Origin: Camelus dromedarius
Taxonomy: Eukaryota
Length of the DNA stretch: 64,000 nt
Direction: 5' to 3'
Assembly (NCBI RefSeq): GCF_036321535.1
Contig: NC_087454.1
Span: forward strand, 17,484,001-17,548,000
Notes under the pieces: generated by a model
The model's input: the letters and a program-made list of their open reading frames with translations, nothing else
What the model was told of the DNA's origin: nothing
The model's database searches: none
Shown here: one piece after another, positions 24,307-36,090 of the stretch
How positions within the stretch are numbered: position 1 is the stretch's first letter
How the letters are laid out: every line of letters begins with the position of its first letter
Program-made: the position numbers and the translations under genes

Positions 24307-25762
24307 GAGACAGTACTTTGAAATATCCAGATTACATCTGTTTAAGGCATGTGGATATTCCATTCATCCATCCCTAACAGGTAACGAGCCCTTATTCTGT
24401 GTTCTAGCATGGAATACGATGGAAGAAATACCAAGGAAAGAGTTGAAAAAAATGAGTTGAAAAAAACATACTTGGTATGGTAAACTTTAGTTCTTATAAT
24501 AAAGACTCAACAGTAAATTAGCTTAAAGACAGTTGAGTCTTGTCACTTGGAACAGATCCACTGTGATCAGTCCAGCTCTGTGGTGCAGCGCTGCTCCTCC
24601 TGATCGGGATCTGTTGTTCCTTCCAAGTCATTGTTCTGCCATCCCTAGCGCCTGAAGTTCTCTGCTTGCCCAGACAAGATCAACACCTTCATAGAAGGCA
24701 GCAAGAAGGATGAAGGCTCGAAAGCCTAGGAATGTCTTCTACTTGTGCTTATTAGGGAGCAGGTAGCCACATGCTCACCCCTGCTCTCAGATAAGCCAGA
24801 AATATTGCTTCAGGCCCGGGAGTTATCTGTCCAGGTATTCCTTTTCTTACAACAAAGAGAACAAGTTTTAGTTGAAAAAATGCCAGTTGTACTACAATAA
24901 CCTAAGATTTTTTCACAGAATAAAACCCATTCTGAGGACACTAAAGAATACAGTGACAGGCTGACAGTCCTGAGATTGTAGACAGTTTACAACAGGTAAC
25001 AAGAAACGGGTAACGCACTTGAGAACTGCTTGTTTTGCCTCATTTTCTGCTGTGAAGGGAACAAGACTGGGATCATGAAAACCTGCGTTTGAAAGGCTCA
25101 CTCCAGCCTTTTTGTCAGGGTATGTGGCACGCAACCAGTTTATTAGAGTATTTCAAAATTGACTGTAGTTAAGTCTGTTACTCAAGATAGAGCCAAAATA
25201 ACTTGGTAAACATAAACCGGCATACTTATACCAGACATAGATGCATCAATAGGTTCTTTTTGATTGTAAAACAGTAGCTCTGGATGGATGGGAAAGACAA
25301 GTCAGCCTGTCTCCATTCCGTTTTTAAACTCGAGAGTACCTCTCATACTCTTAACTCCTTTTTCTCTCGTAGAAACTGATTACTTTCAACATGACTAGTC
25401 CTCTCCTTTCTCCCCTTTATCATGTGATGTCAGTCAGGCTGTTTTAATGTCCTTAACTCTCGAGTGTCAACCTATGTACACGTTTACCTCGTCTTCTGCA
25501 AAACTTCCCAGCTTCACTGACGTTTGTACAAAATGTAACCTAGTTTATCACCTGAAGTCAGCCTCCTCGCTACAAAGCAAGATAGTCTACGGTACGTAGA
25601 TCAAACCAACTATGAACTATCTGCAAGCCACGTAAGCTGAAACTTACAGAAATCTTATTACCATCAGGTGAAGTTTACAGGTTGAGAACACTAGTAGTCC
25701 AAACATCTTCGTTTATCACGCTGAAATAAAAAGTGACAACTCTTTCAAGTGAACGGATAAGT

Positions 25763-25778
25763 GGCCCTGAAAAGGGCC
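25763..25778 (-). terminator. Histone stem-loop of H4
   Basis: Minus-strand GGCCCTTTTCAGGGCC. Confidence 0.95.
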
Positions 25779-25817
25779 TTGAGGTTTGCCGTGTTAAGCG
25801 AGGCGATCAGCGGAAGC

Positions 25818-26177
<360 letters not shown>

Positions 26178-26184
26178 TTAGTGC

Positions 26185-26236
26185 TTTTATAGAACCGTGA
26201 CGGACCTGTTTGAAAACTGCAAAAGCGGGGGCGGGA
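26185..26236 (-). promoter_or_regulatory. H4 promoter (GC-box, site II GGTCCG, TATA)
   Basis: Minus-strand TTTTCAAACAGGTCCG (GGTCCG at 26206-26201), TATAAAA ~26185-26191, GC-box ~26226-26236. Confidence 0.9.
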
Positions 26237-26966
26237 ACCGCAGCTAGTCCCGCCCTTCGCTTATTTGTCCCTCGCTTAGAGCGGTGGTGGCTAGGTGGGG
26301 CGCCTAAAACGACAATGGATCCTGGAGGTGAAATTTAATAAAGGCTTCTATACATGGAGATGTGTTTTTGTGTATGCATACAACACGTGAAGCCATTAAA
26401 TAGGGCAATAATTCATAGACTTTCCATAAAGAAACCCGATCGTTCTACTTCAGATTTCCCAGAATATGAAATAGTTAATACACGCTATTGCCCCTTAAAC
26501 GCTTTAAATGCAGTTTTAAGCAAGTCCTATCTTTATTAAGTTTCCATAAGTTTTATCCATTTCTGGTTGATCCGTTAACTAAGCAGAGCTCTTTGTCACA
26601 CAGGCTGGATAACCCAACCGAGGAAATTAAGAATGTAAGTTTACGTGTTTGAGAGATCAAGTAACGTTAAAAATCACTGAGGGCTAAATTGGAGATTTAT
26701 AAATATGTATATCTCAAAGTGATAAGAAACGTACTCTACTGTAAGTCTAAGATTTATGGTTTGATTGTGTATTTAATTATGGACAGGTTTTATCTGGCAC
26801 TGTATCTGTCACCACATTCTATTTCTCCAACCACGTGGCATTTCAGTGTCCAGCCAAGCTCCAGAGACAGCCTCCTCCAGATAGAAGCTTGTGGTCTTGG
26901 GCAATCTATACTTACTTTTTTTTTTTTTTCTTTTCTTTTTTCATTTTAAATGTATACAAAGGTAAT

Positions 26967-27087
26967 GGGGGAAGGTATAGCTTAAGTGGTACAGTGCCTG
27001 CTTAACATACACAATGTCCTAGATTCAATCCCCAGCACCTTCTCTAAAAATTAAGAAGCTAGCTAATTCCCACCCCCCCAAAAAAAA
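26967..27087 (+). mobile_element. tRNA-derived SINE at the position equivalent to 297-420
   Basis: GGGGGAAGGTATAGCTTAAGTGGTA...GATTCAATCCCCAGCACCT. Confidence 0.8.
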
Positions 27088-29349
27088 TGTATAGGTAGTT
27101 ATGAATAACAGAGTACTTAAATTTAAGAGATAATCCAAAATGTTTAAAATAATACCAGCAAATAAGCAATGACTCAACATTATTTATTATGAAATATTAT
27201 ACTATCGTGGCTGCTCTCAAATCCTCCTTTAAGTATTCACCCCTCTAAAGTGAGAAGCCTAAGCAAGTGTTTAATTTGGAAAACCTTCTTTTGCGAACTC
27301 CTCAAAATAATAAACACATAACAATTTAATTTCTCGTTATTTCCCTTGAGGTCCAGCTGACTTTGGATAGATTTGGCTTTTTCCTCCATGGTGAGGAGGA
27401 CCCTGTTATCAAAGCTCTTCCAAGAGTTTACAGTGCTCTAAAACAAATTCTACAATGGAGTTGTTAATCTGGATACACATAGGGGCTTAGAGTATCTGGG
27501 AATTTATATCGAAAAAAAATTCCATCTTTATTTTCACTATACTCCAATTGAATCTTAGCGTTTCCTCCTCTTGTGAAAATGTAGTCAACAAACAGGGTGA
27601 TTGGCAGGACCCATGCTCTGTTCCTATCACGCTGCAGTCACAGCTGTCAATATCTCAAAATATTCTTTAAACATGTTACTCTTTCTAAAATGTGGTAATT
27701 AATGGTCATATGGATAATCTTATTATTTAGAGTATTAAAAAAGAAGCACATATTAATACTTCACAATTTTGGATTTTTGTTAAAATTGGCAATGATATTT
27801 TAATATAAGTGTTATCCTTTGTAATTGTGCATATTATTTTAAGCATTTAAAAGTACTTTTCTGGGAAGGGGTTCATGAAATTTATGAGACATACAAAGTA
27901 GCCTGTGTTACAAAAATGTTTAAGAATCTCTCTTCTCCAGGATCTTGAAAGTCTGGAAAGATGCTGGGTTTCAAAAGTGTGCAGAAAGAAACATTGGGAA
28001 ATTCCATGAATGTTGGAATGAAACTGATATATTAGTAAGAGTACTCTGATAGAGCTAAGGGTAAATGAAAACAATTTTCTCCACTTATGAATAGTAAGAG
28101 GTCATTTCCTCTTCCTCTTAGAGAGTTTTCTTGGAGAAATAGCGAGTCTGAGCTTTCACTCTTCCCTTAGGAATACAGTTATATTTTTCTAGGGATTAAG
28201 CCCAGTCTCCAGTTTTTACAATGAAAGAAATCTCCTAGTTTATAAACCAAATAATCTCTAGATATGTAAAAATATACGTCTGTTATTAGCTTAGGAGTCT
28301 TTTACAAATTACACATGAGAGCTGAACCCATGAAGGTGAATGGGGTGGTACCTTGAAGATTATCTATATCTAGATAGCTAAGAGAGAACTCTTTCTTTGT
28401 GTTGCTGCAGAAAACCAACTATGAGTTAAGGTCATTTTTAGGTTAGGAATGCATGAATCAATAACAAGTAAATACACACTCCAAATAAATTGTTTAAAAA
28501 TTTTCAATTTTATTAATATTTATTAATGTTTTCATGTTTAACTTGAATGTACTACATGAAGTGATCTGTCATTTGTTGATTTTGATGGTACCAAAGGGGA
28601 ATATTAAACCCTTACCTCTTGGGCTTTCTTCTATCTGCTCCCAGCATTTCTGTCATTCATAGTCCTAGGGAAACACAGACTTCTACATGCTTCAAAATAA
28701 ACGTAATTTAAAAAAACAAAACAAAACATAGTTTTGGAGTGAAAAATTCACTTTCTACCATCAGTCTATTTCCTACCGAATATATATCATAAGCTATAAT
28801 TTGTTTCTTATAAAACTATATCCTTTTTTAAGTAAGAACTGTAGTGGTGAATACAAAATATGCTTGTTTTGAAATTTCCCTCTCTTAAGGAAAGTCTACA
28901 TAAGCATGTGTGACAGTGTTGTACATGTATATATTCCTTAATTTTGTTACTTGAAAACTTTGCTAAAGTTTACCTTCCTGAACAATGACAGACCTCTGTA
29001 CCCAAGAGCTGGTGAACATTTTAATAACTGATCCTCCCTGATAAAGTCAATGTAAATAAAAGAATTTTTTAAACCCATAAAGGGGCCCAACTCTCCTTTA
29101 CATCTTTACCTGGAAGTCCTCTGCCATCAGCTATTGAAACACAGACCCAACCAATATATCAAAAGCATCACTGATTGTTGCTTTTGACATTTTCCTAAAC
29201 AAATATTGAATGTCTGAAGCCCCTCAATTAACTAACACTCTAATTAGTAACAGGGAGCTATGATAAAGCTTTTTCAGAGAAAATAACTTGACATCAGAAA
29301 ATGCTGTTATTCCAAGCATCCTTTCTTGTAGAGAAATCCTGAAACAGCC

Positions 29350-29798
29350 TGTGTTATTTCTCCTCATATGAAGCATATTTTGGGGGTAAATCTCAATGAG
29401 AACCAAGCAGTTGTTGAACAGATGGAAATCCAAGAATGTGTAGAATGTCACTGGAGAGCAAGCTATTCAAAACACAAGGGAAGAATTTCTATTTTAAATG
29501 AAAATCAAAAAGTTGCCTTCCTGACCTGTGAATCTCTAGGAGTGTCAGGGGCTTTTGAAAAAGGCTGGGACCGACGTGATAAACACTGGAGGAAGAAACT
29601 ACGAAGGTCTCAAACCTTAACCTGTCCTGGTTCATGACAGAGTATAAGTGGTGTGATTCCTAAGCAGGAAATTTTAATATTTTGGCTTTCCTGAATTGTA
29701 ACAAACACAACTCAGGGGCAGAGCTGAGACTAGCTTGCCGTCAAGCTGGAAGACAGCTGGGAACCAATCAGCGCGCAGTAGCGCTTTGCGTATATATA
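29350..29798 (+). promoter_or_regulatory. H1 promoter: TG-box, AC-box, CCAAT, TATA
   Basis: TGTGTTA 29350-29356, AAACACA 29703-29709, CCAAT 29764-29768, TATATATA 29791-29798. Confidence 0.9.
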
Positions 29799-29868
29799 CA
29801 CAGTCCCACGCCTATTACTCAAATTTAAGACCTTTTATTTGGACGGTTAGACACTTCGAGCAACAGTC

Positions 29869-30471
29869 ATGTTTGAAACCGTACCTGCCGCACCTCCTGC
29901 TCCTGCGGAAAAGACTCCTGGGAAGAAAAAGGCCCGCAAGCCCGCCGGTGCCACGAAGCGCAAGGCGTCCGCGTCCCCGGTGTCGGAGCTCATCACCAAG
30001 GCTGTCTCTGCTTCCAAGGAGCGCAGTGGCGTGTCCCTGGCTGCGATGAAGAAGGCGCTGCCGGCCGCCGGATACGACGTGAAGAACAGCCACATCAAGT
30101 TAGGACTTCAGAGCCTGGTGAACAAGGGCACTCTGGTGCAGACCAAGGGCACCGGCGCCTCGGGCTCCTTTATACTCAACAAAAAGGCGACCACCCGGCA
30201 TGCCAAGCCCAAGGCTAAGAAAGTAGGAACAGCCAATCCTAAAAAGGCTGCTGGGGCAGTTAAGTCCAAGGCGAGGGGCGCGACCACCCCGGAAAAAAGC
30301 GTTAAGACGACCCCCAAGAAGGTGAAAAAGACAGTAGCGACTATCCGGGCCAAGGTGGCCAAGAGCCCGAAGGAGTTTAAAACAACCAAACCGAAGGAAG
30401 TGTCCAAGGCCAAAGCTCCTAAGCCCAAGGTAAGCAAGTCAAGAAAGTCAACCCCCAAAAAAGAGAATTGA
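29869..30471 (+). CDS. Strongly divergent linker histone H1, 200 aa (may be an incipient pseudogene)
   Basis: Open frame ATG to TGA; recognisable globular domain with substitutions and a two-codon deletion; shortened tail; promoter and stem-loop present. Confidence 0.8.
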   Translation: MFETVPAAPPAPAEKTPGKKKARKPAGATKRKASASPVSELITKAVSASKERSGVSLAAMKKALPAAGYDVKNSHIKLGLQSLVNKGTLVQTKGTGASGSFILNKKATTRHAKPKAKKVGTANPKKAAGAVKSKARGATTPEKSVKTTPKKVKKTVATIRAKVAKSPKEFKTTKPKEVSKAKAPKPKVSKSRKSTPKKEN

Positions 30472-30504
30472 TAAGACTAAGACTAGTTGAATACTTAATT
30501 AAAA

Positions 30505-30545
30505 GGCTCTTTTCAGAGCTGCCTACTTAACTTACTAAAGAGCTT
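30505..30545 (+). terminator. H1 stem-loop and HDE
   Basis: GGCTCTTTTCAGAGCT 30505-30520 (basal G.U); AAAGAGCTT 30537-30545. Confidence 0.8.
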
Positions 30546-30585
30546 GTAACATCAGTTCACAGCACTCTTTTCAGAAAAGGTGGTT

Positions 30586-30601
30586 GGCTCTGAAAAGAGC
30601 C
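30586..30601 (-). terminator. H3 stem-loop
   Basis: Minus-strand GGCTCTTTTCAGAGCC. Confidence 0.95.
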
Positions 30602-30641
30602 TTTGGGTTTAAGGTTGGCACTTAATCGTGAAATACAAATT

Positions 30642-31052
30642 TTACGCCCTCTCCCCNNNNNNNNNNNNNNNNNNNNNNNNNNNNNNNNNNNNNNNNNNNN
30701 NNNNNNNNNNNNNNNNNNNNNNNNNNNNNNNNNNNNNNNNNNNNNNNNNNNNNNNNNNNNNNNNNNNNNNNNNNNNNNNNNNNNNNNNNNNNNNNNNNNN
30801 NNNNNNNNNNNNNNNNNNNNNNNNNNNNNNNNNNNNNNNNNNNNNNNNNNNNNNNNNNNNNNNNNNNNNNNNNNNNNNNNNNNNNNNNNNNNNNNNNNNN
30901 NNNNNNNNNNNNNNNNNNNNNNNNNNNNNNNNNNNNNNNNNNNNNNNNNNNNNNNNNNNNNNNNNNNNNNNNNNNNNNNNNNNNNNNNNNNNNNNNNNNN
31001 NNNNNNNNNNNNNNNNNNNNNNNTTGCGGGCCGTCTGCTTGGTGCGAGCCAT
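30642..31052 (-). CDS. Histone H3 (core N-masked)
   Basis: MARTKQTAR...GERA* ends visible; 411 nt is the exact H3 length. Confidence 0.9.
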   Translation of the reverse strand: MARTKQTARXXXXXXXXXXXXXXXXXXXXXXXXXXXXXXXXXXXXXXXXXXXXXXXXXXXXXXXXXXXXXXXXXXXXXXXXXXXXXXXXXXXXXXXXXXXXXXXXXXXXXXXXXXXXXXXXXXXXXXXXXXXGERA

Positions 31053-31112
31053 AACAAACTTCCGAAAAAGCAGCTAGCTGATAGAAAAATGAAAGCCTAA
31101 GCTCCGTCTACC

Positions 31113-31185
31113 CATATATATAAAGGGAGTCCCGTTCTGATTGGACAAGGCACATGTTCCTTATTGCTCACAGTGAAGGTATTGG
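31113..31185 (-). promoter_or_regulatory. H3 promoter (TATA, two CCAAT)
   Basis: ATATATATAAA ~31114-31124; ATTGG at 31140 and ~31181. Confidence 0.8.
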
Positions 31186-33014
31186 TAGCGAGGTTCACTC
31201 TCTGATCACATGAGCCTCCCTTTGAGAGACCGTTTTCAATCCTTGCTCGCCTGTATTTTTAAGCCGTTTCTTTAAAATATTCTTTGGTTTTTCTCCGTCG
31301 AATTAAAACAAATTATTACAATGCTATATCTTGTTTGTAAAAAATATGTATATTTTAATTTTGGCACCTGAAAATGGCTTTCTTTTGATCAACGTTTTGA
31401 AAAGGCGAGTTAGATGGGATTGGCCAGGTGATTTTTATACCCTCATTGAAGTTTAGTAAGGCAAATTTCACATCAATTTATTGATTACTCTTTAATTTTG
31501 ATATTTTAAAAATAGCATATTTTCCTTTTATTTCTCCCTTATGTATTACAATTAAGACATGCTTAGGTGGTTTGTACTACCTGTAAATTTCATTTCAGGT
31601 TACTAAAGTTGGTAAAGTATTTGTTACAGGAAAAGTTTTCAGTTGAATCTGATGGGATTGAGAACCATCAGTTTAGGGGTCTAGAGATCATAACAAAGCA
31701 GAATTTGGAAAGAAACCTGAACACTGTCATCCCCAAACCAGGCCCCCTGAACAGAGTCTTCTACCATAAGACTTATCGTGGCTTGCTCACAGCTGTTCAC
31801 TGGATGAAACCTTGCATTGCATTGCAAGCCATTATGTGCCAGTGTCACTTTTCTGGATTGGGGTGAGTGCTGTGGCCACGGGAAGAGGAAGAAATCTCTA
31901 GGGTTAAGATGCATTGTATTTTAAAGACATACAAGTTGCAGAATTTACAAAAGTAAAAGATTTACACCTATATATCTTGTGATGTGATCACATGTCTTAG
32001 GATTCTTTGGAGCCATATTTTGAAAAGAGAAAGGAGAAAAGTACCTACCATCTTTTAGAAATTATTTTTTTCTTAAGGAATCCTCTTCTAAGTCTGTCAT
32101 GAAGCCCAGGCTGGATTAACAGTGACAAACTCTGAAGGGAAATATACCCAACTCTGGAGGTTCTGATTATAACCTCGAGCTTCTCTACCTCAACTGAAAA
32201 TCCAGATAAATGAGGCCTCAGTCTCTTCACTCCTTGCTGCAAGATTTCAAAGCCAACTATGTGAGACGTTTTATTAGAGAAGACGACTTTATCTTCCCAG
32301 AAGTCAAACCCTCTATTTTTTTTCTGAATGCACTGAGACGATTAACACAGAATTATTTCACACTTGCTATAACATTAACACGTTTACTTTTCATTTACTG
32401 TAACATCCTCACATAAAAGCACCCAACTACGATTCACAATTTCAACTGAGCGTTGTGTAAAATGGTGTTAAAAATACTCAATCAGATGTAAATGATACAG
32501 GGTACTGTGCATCCCGTAAAAGTCATGCTGAACCGTGTTAAGCTCTGCCTTAAATGACTTCTGACTCTAGGTTACCAAGAATACCAAGTATTGTATACCC
32601 ATTTAGAATTGATTAAGGCCCAGTTCAGTAGAGTTGAAGACTGGCAACATTCAAAACAGTTTCCCTTCACCATCAGTACTGAAGGAGTGGTTTTAGAATC
32701 TGTAGGTCACTAACAAGATTTGCATCTAAACTATCAACACTTACCATTCATTCTACCCATTGTCTTTTTCTCGGGTTTACAATTCTGAGTGCCTGTTAAG
32801 TGATCAGCTTAATTACTTGTGATACAAGATCCGTCTAAATCCTTTACTTAGTTGAAAGGAATTGTAGTTTCATAAACTTAAACTAGAGTAGTTTGGGATT
32901 TCTCAGGAGTTTAAATACTGACATCTTCTTCCAGATTGACATATTGTGCTGAAAAGTTTCCAGGTACCTGCTTAAATACGCATAACGATAAGCCCTTTTA
33001 ATGACTACGTGGGT

Positions 33015-33030
33015 GGCTCTGAAAAGAGCT
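33015..33030 (-). terminator. H2A stem-loop with a basal mismatch
   Basis: Minus-strand AGCTCTTTTCAGAGCC (first G changed to A). Confidence 0.8.
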
Positions 33031-33076
33031 TTGAATTAATGTTGACTTAAAAGACCAAAAATCCAAGTATTACAGT

Positions 33077-33565
<489 letters not shown>

Positions 33566-33569
33566 TCAG

Positions 33570-33730
33570 ATGTTTGATTGGCTAAACAATCTTTACGCTT
33601 GCAACCAATTACAAAGAAGAACTAGAGTCACCTAATTTGCATACCGGCTTCCAATCTGGAAAAATCTATCCAATCGAAGTGTAACCTTTTAAACACTATA
33701 TTTGCTCAGGAGAGCTACGAATTTTATGAG
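33570..33730. promoter_or_regulatory. Divergent H2A/H2B promoter with decayed H2B side
   Basis: Several CCAAT boxes; ATTTGCAT 33635-33642; the H2B-proximal octamer reads ATTTGCTC and no clear TATA remains. Confidence 0.7.
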
Positions 33731-33789
33731 CGTTGTAGACAAGTCCCAGCTTCTTTTCTTTAGCTGAGTAGTGTATTTTGTGTTCGCTC

Positions 33790-34159
33790 ATGCCAGAAAC
33801 TAAGTGCACTCTGGCTCTGAAGAAGGGTTCCAAGAAGGCCATGACCAAGACGCGGGAGGACGGCAAGAAGCGCATGCGCAGCCGCAAGGCCCGCTACTCG
33901 GTGTACATCTACAAGGTGCTAAAGCAGGTACATCCTAATACTGGCATTTCATCCAAGGTGATAGGCATCATGAATTCGTTGGTCATCGACATCTTCGAGC
34001 GCATCGGGCGAGGGGTCGCGCCTGGCGCATTGCAAGCGCTCGACCATCACTTCCCGGGAAATCCAGAAGGCCTTGCGCCTGCTGCTGCCCGGGGAGTCGG
34101 CCAAGCACGGTGTGTCCAAGGGCACCGTGGCCGTCACCAAGTATACCAGCTCCAAATAA
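33790..34159 (+). pseudogene. H2B pseudogene (frameshift, many substitutions)
   Basis: [16 protein letters not shown]...IDIFERI, then a 2-nt deletion (ATCG-GGCGAG) and further indels; ends at ACCAGCTCCAAATAA; variant stem-loop 34197-34212. Confidence 0.9.
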
Positions 34160-35469
34160 TCGCAAAGAATAAAAGGTTTTCCTATATAACCCCAAAGTCT
34201 CTTTTAAGAGGCATCCACTTTTTTCAGCATAAGAATTGTAATCACTTATATTTAATAGGACTGGTAGAACAGGTTTTGTTTACTTTGTTGAAACTTAAGG
34301 TTGCTGCTTTGGGGTGTTAAAACCTTGGAATACACAGACCTTTTGATCCGTTGAAAGCAAATATTATTCTTTATAGGTTAGTGATAGGGTACTCACTTTG
34401 GCTGCAAAGCTGGCCAGCTGTGGACATTGGACATGTGACTATCACTCAACCTCCTGTGATGTAGTGTACCTTACACACTAGTTCCATGAAGTGACTTAAA
34501 ACTTGGCAGCACCTCTTCTGTTAGTGATGTGATAAGAAGGAAATGTGTAACTCATTTATTTTGCTAAAGCAATAGGACTCCTAAATATTAATAGTAGTGG
34601 GACAACTGATGTGCATGGAAGTTGAAAAACGAACATCACAGGCTTAAGGACAGGGCAATTTAATATTAGGATTTTTCCAAAGCTTGTCTAAAAAGTTAGA
34701 CCATTGCTAAAATACCATGATGGGGCTCATAGACACTAGCAGTCCAGAAAATATATGTGCTTTAGATATTTTGTTGCCTCTCCCTTATTTTTTTTTTTTT
34801 CTGAGGTTGGTTTTATGTATTTTTACCCGGGTCAGCAAAAATCCTACTTTTAAAATGAAAAAAAAAAAAAAAAAGTCACACATAATTTTAGTTCACCACC
34901 ACCACTGTCTTGTCCTATGTAGAGAAATACCATTGCCAGGAAAATTTACAGTTCACCTTTCTCCTTGCAATTATAAACCTACTTAAGGTTATATACCACC
35001 ATAAATGGCTTCTCATTTGAAATAAATGCTAAGAATTTATATTCAAAGTATTTTTAGGATTTCAACCCTGGTATGAAAAAAGTAATAATATTCTATACTC
35101 CTGTGTAATTGCTGTATTGAATAAGAGGCTTTTAACTCCCAGAGCAAAACATGAATACACACATGCACAACACATCACACTCAGAAAATATGTAAACATT
35201 CAAACAAAAAATAAACGTATAAAGCGAAAGCAACAAGAAAAATGTAAATGAATGAAAACTAAAAATATCAGATATCTGTATATGAGAATTTATATGGTCA
35301 TAAATTGTTAATTTTTGCTTTCTATAATCCCAGACATAAATATCTAAACCAGGTCTATATGAGCTTTAGGGGAGTTCATAAAACCCAGAAATTACACAAA
35401 AGTGAATCCGTATATTCCTTCTCCTGGAGCAGAAAGTATATAACATTTTATTAAATTCTAAAAATACTT

Positions 35470-35965
35470 TCATTTAGTCTGCTAGGGCTGCTATCCAGAG
35501 TAACACCTCCCTAATTATGTATACCTTCTAATGTTTGGAGTCTGTGAATATGTTAGTATACATAACAAAGAGGAATTAAGGGCGCAGATGGCACTGAAGT
35601 TGCTAATCACCTGACTTTAAAATAGGGAGATTATCCTAGATTATCCAGTTGAACTCAATATAATTATGAGGACACTTAACAGTAAAGGAGGAAATTAGAA
35701 TATAAATCCAGAGATGGCAGTGTGAGAATGTGGCCAGAGATTTCTGGCTTTGAAATCTAAGAAAGGGACCATAAGCCAAAGAACAAGGATGACCCTCTAG
35801 GAGCTGGAAAAGGCAAAGAACAAGATTCACTCTTAAGAGTTTCCAGAAGGAAATGTGGTCCTCTGACAGCTTGATTTTAGCTCAGTGAGATTTGTGCCCA
35901 AATGTTGATCTAAAAAGCCATAAAATTATAAATTTATTATCTGAAGCCACCATATTTGTGATAAC
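35470..35965. mobile_element. MaLR LTR (MLT1-like)
   Basis: GTGAATATGTTA...GGAATTAAG...TGACTTTAAAATAGGGAGATTATCCTAGATTATCC is typical of MLT1. Confidence 0.65.
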
Positions 35966-35969
35966 TTGT

Positions 35970-36090
35970 TTTTTTAATCTTTGTGGGGGTTAATTAGCTT
36001 ATTTGTTGTTTTAGTGCAGGTACTGGGGATTTAAGTCAGGCCTTCATGCATTCTAGGCCTAAACTCTACCACTGAAATATACCCTCCCCC
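35970..36090 (-). mobile_element. tRNA-derived SINE
   Basis: GGTACTGGGGATT...CTCTACCACTGAAATATACCCTCCCCC. Confidence 0.75.

Larger units (their letters stand above)
26648..30545 (+). repeat. Segmental duplication copy B (paralogous to 1-3950)
   Basis: Collinear with the start of the window, including the SINE and the H1 gene. Confidence 0.95.

Noticed and set aside
32858-32868. ACTACAATTCC (ZNF143/THAP11-like) motif downstream of H2A
   Set aside because: A single incomplete motif with no promoter context.
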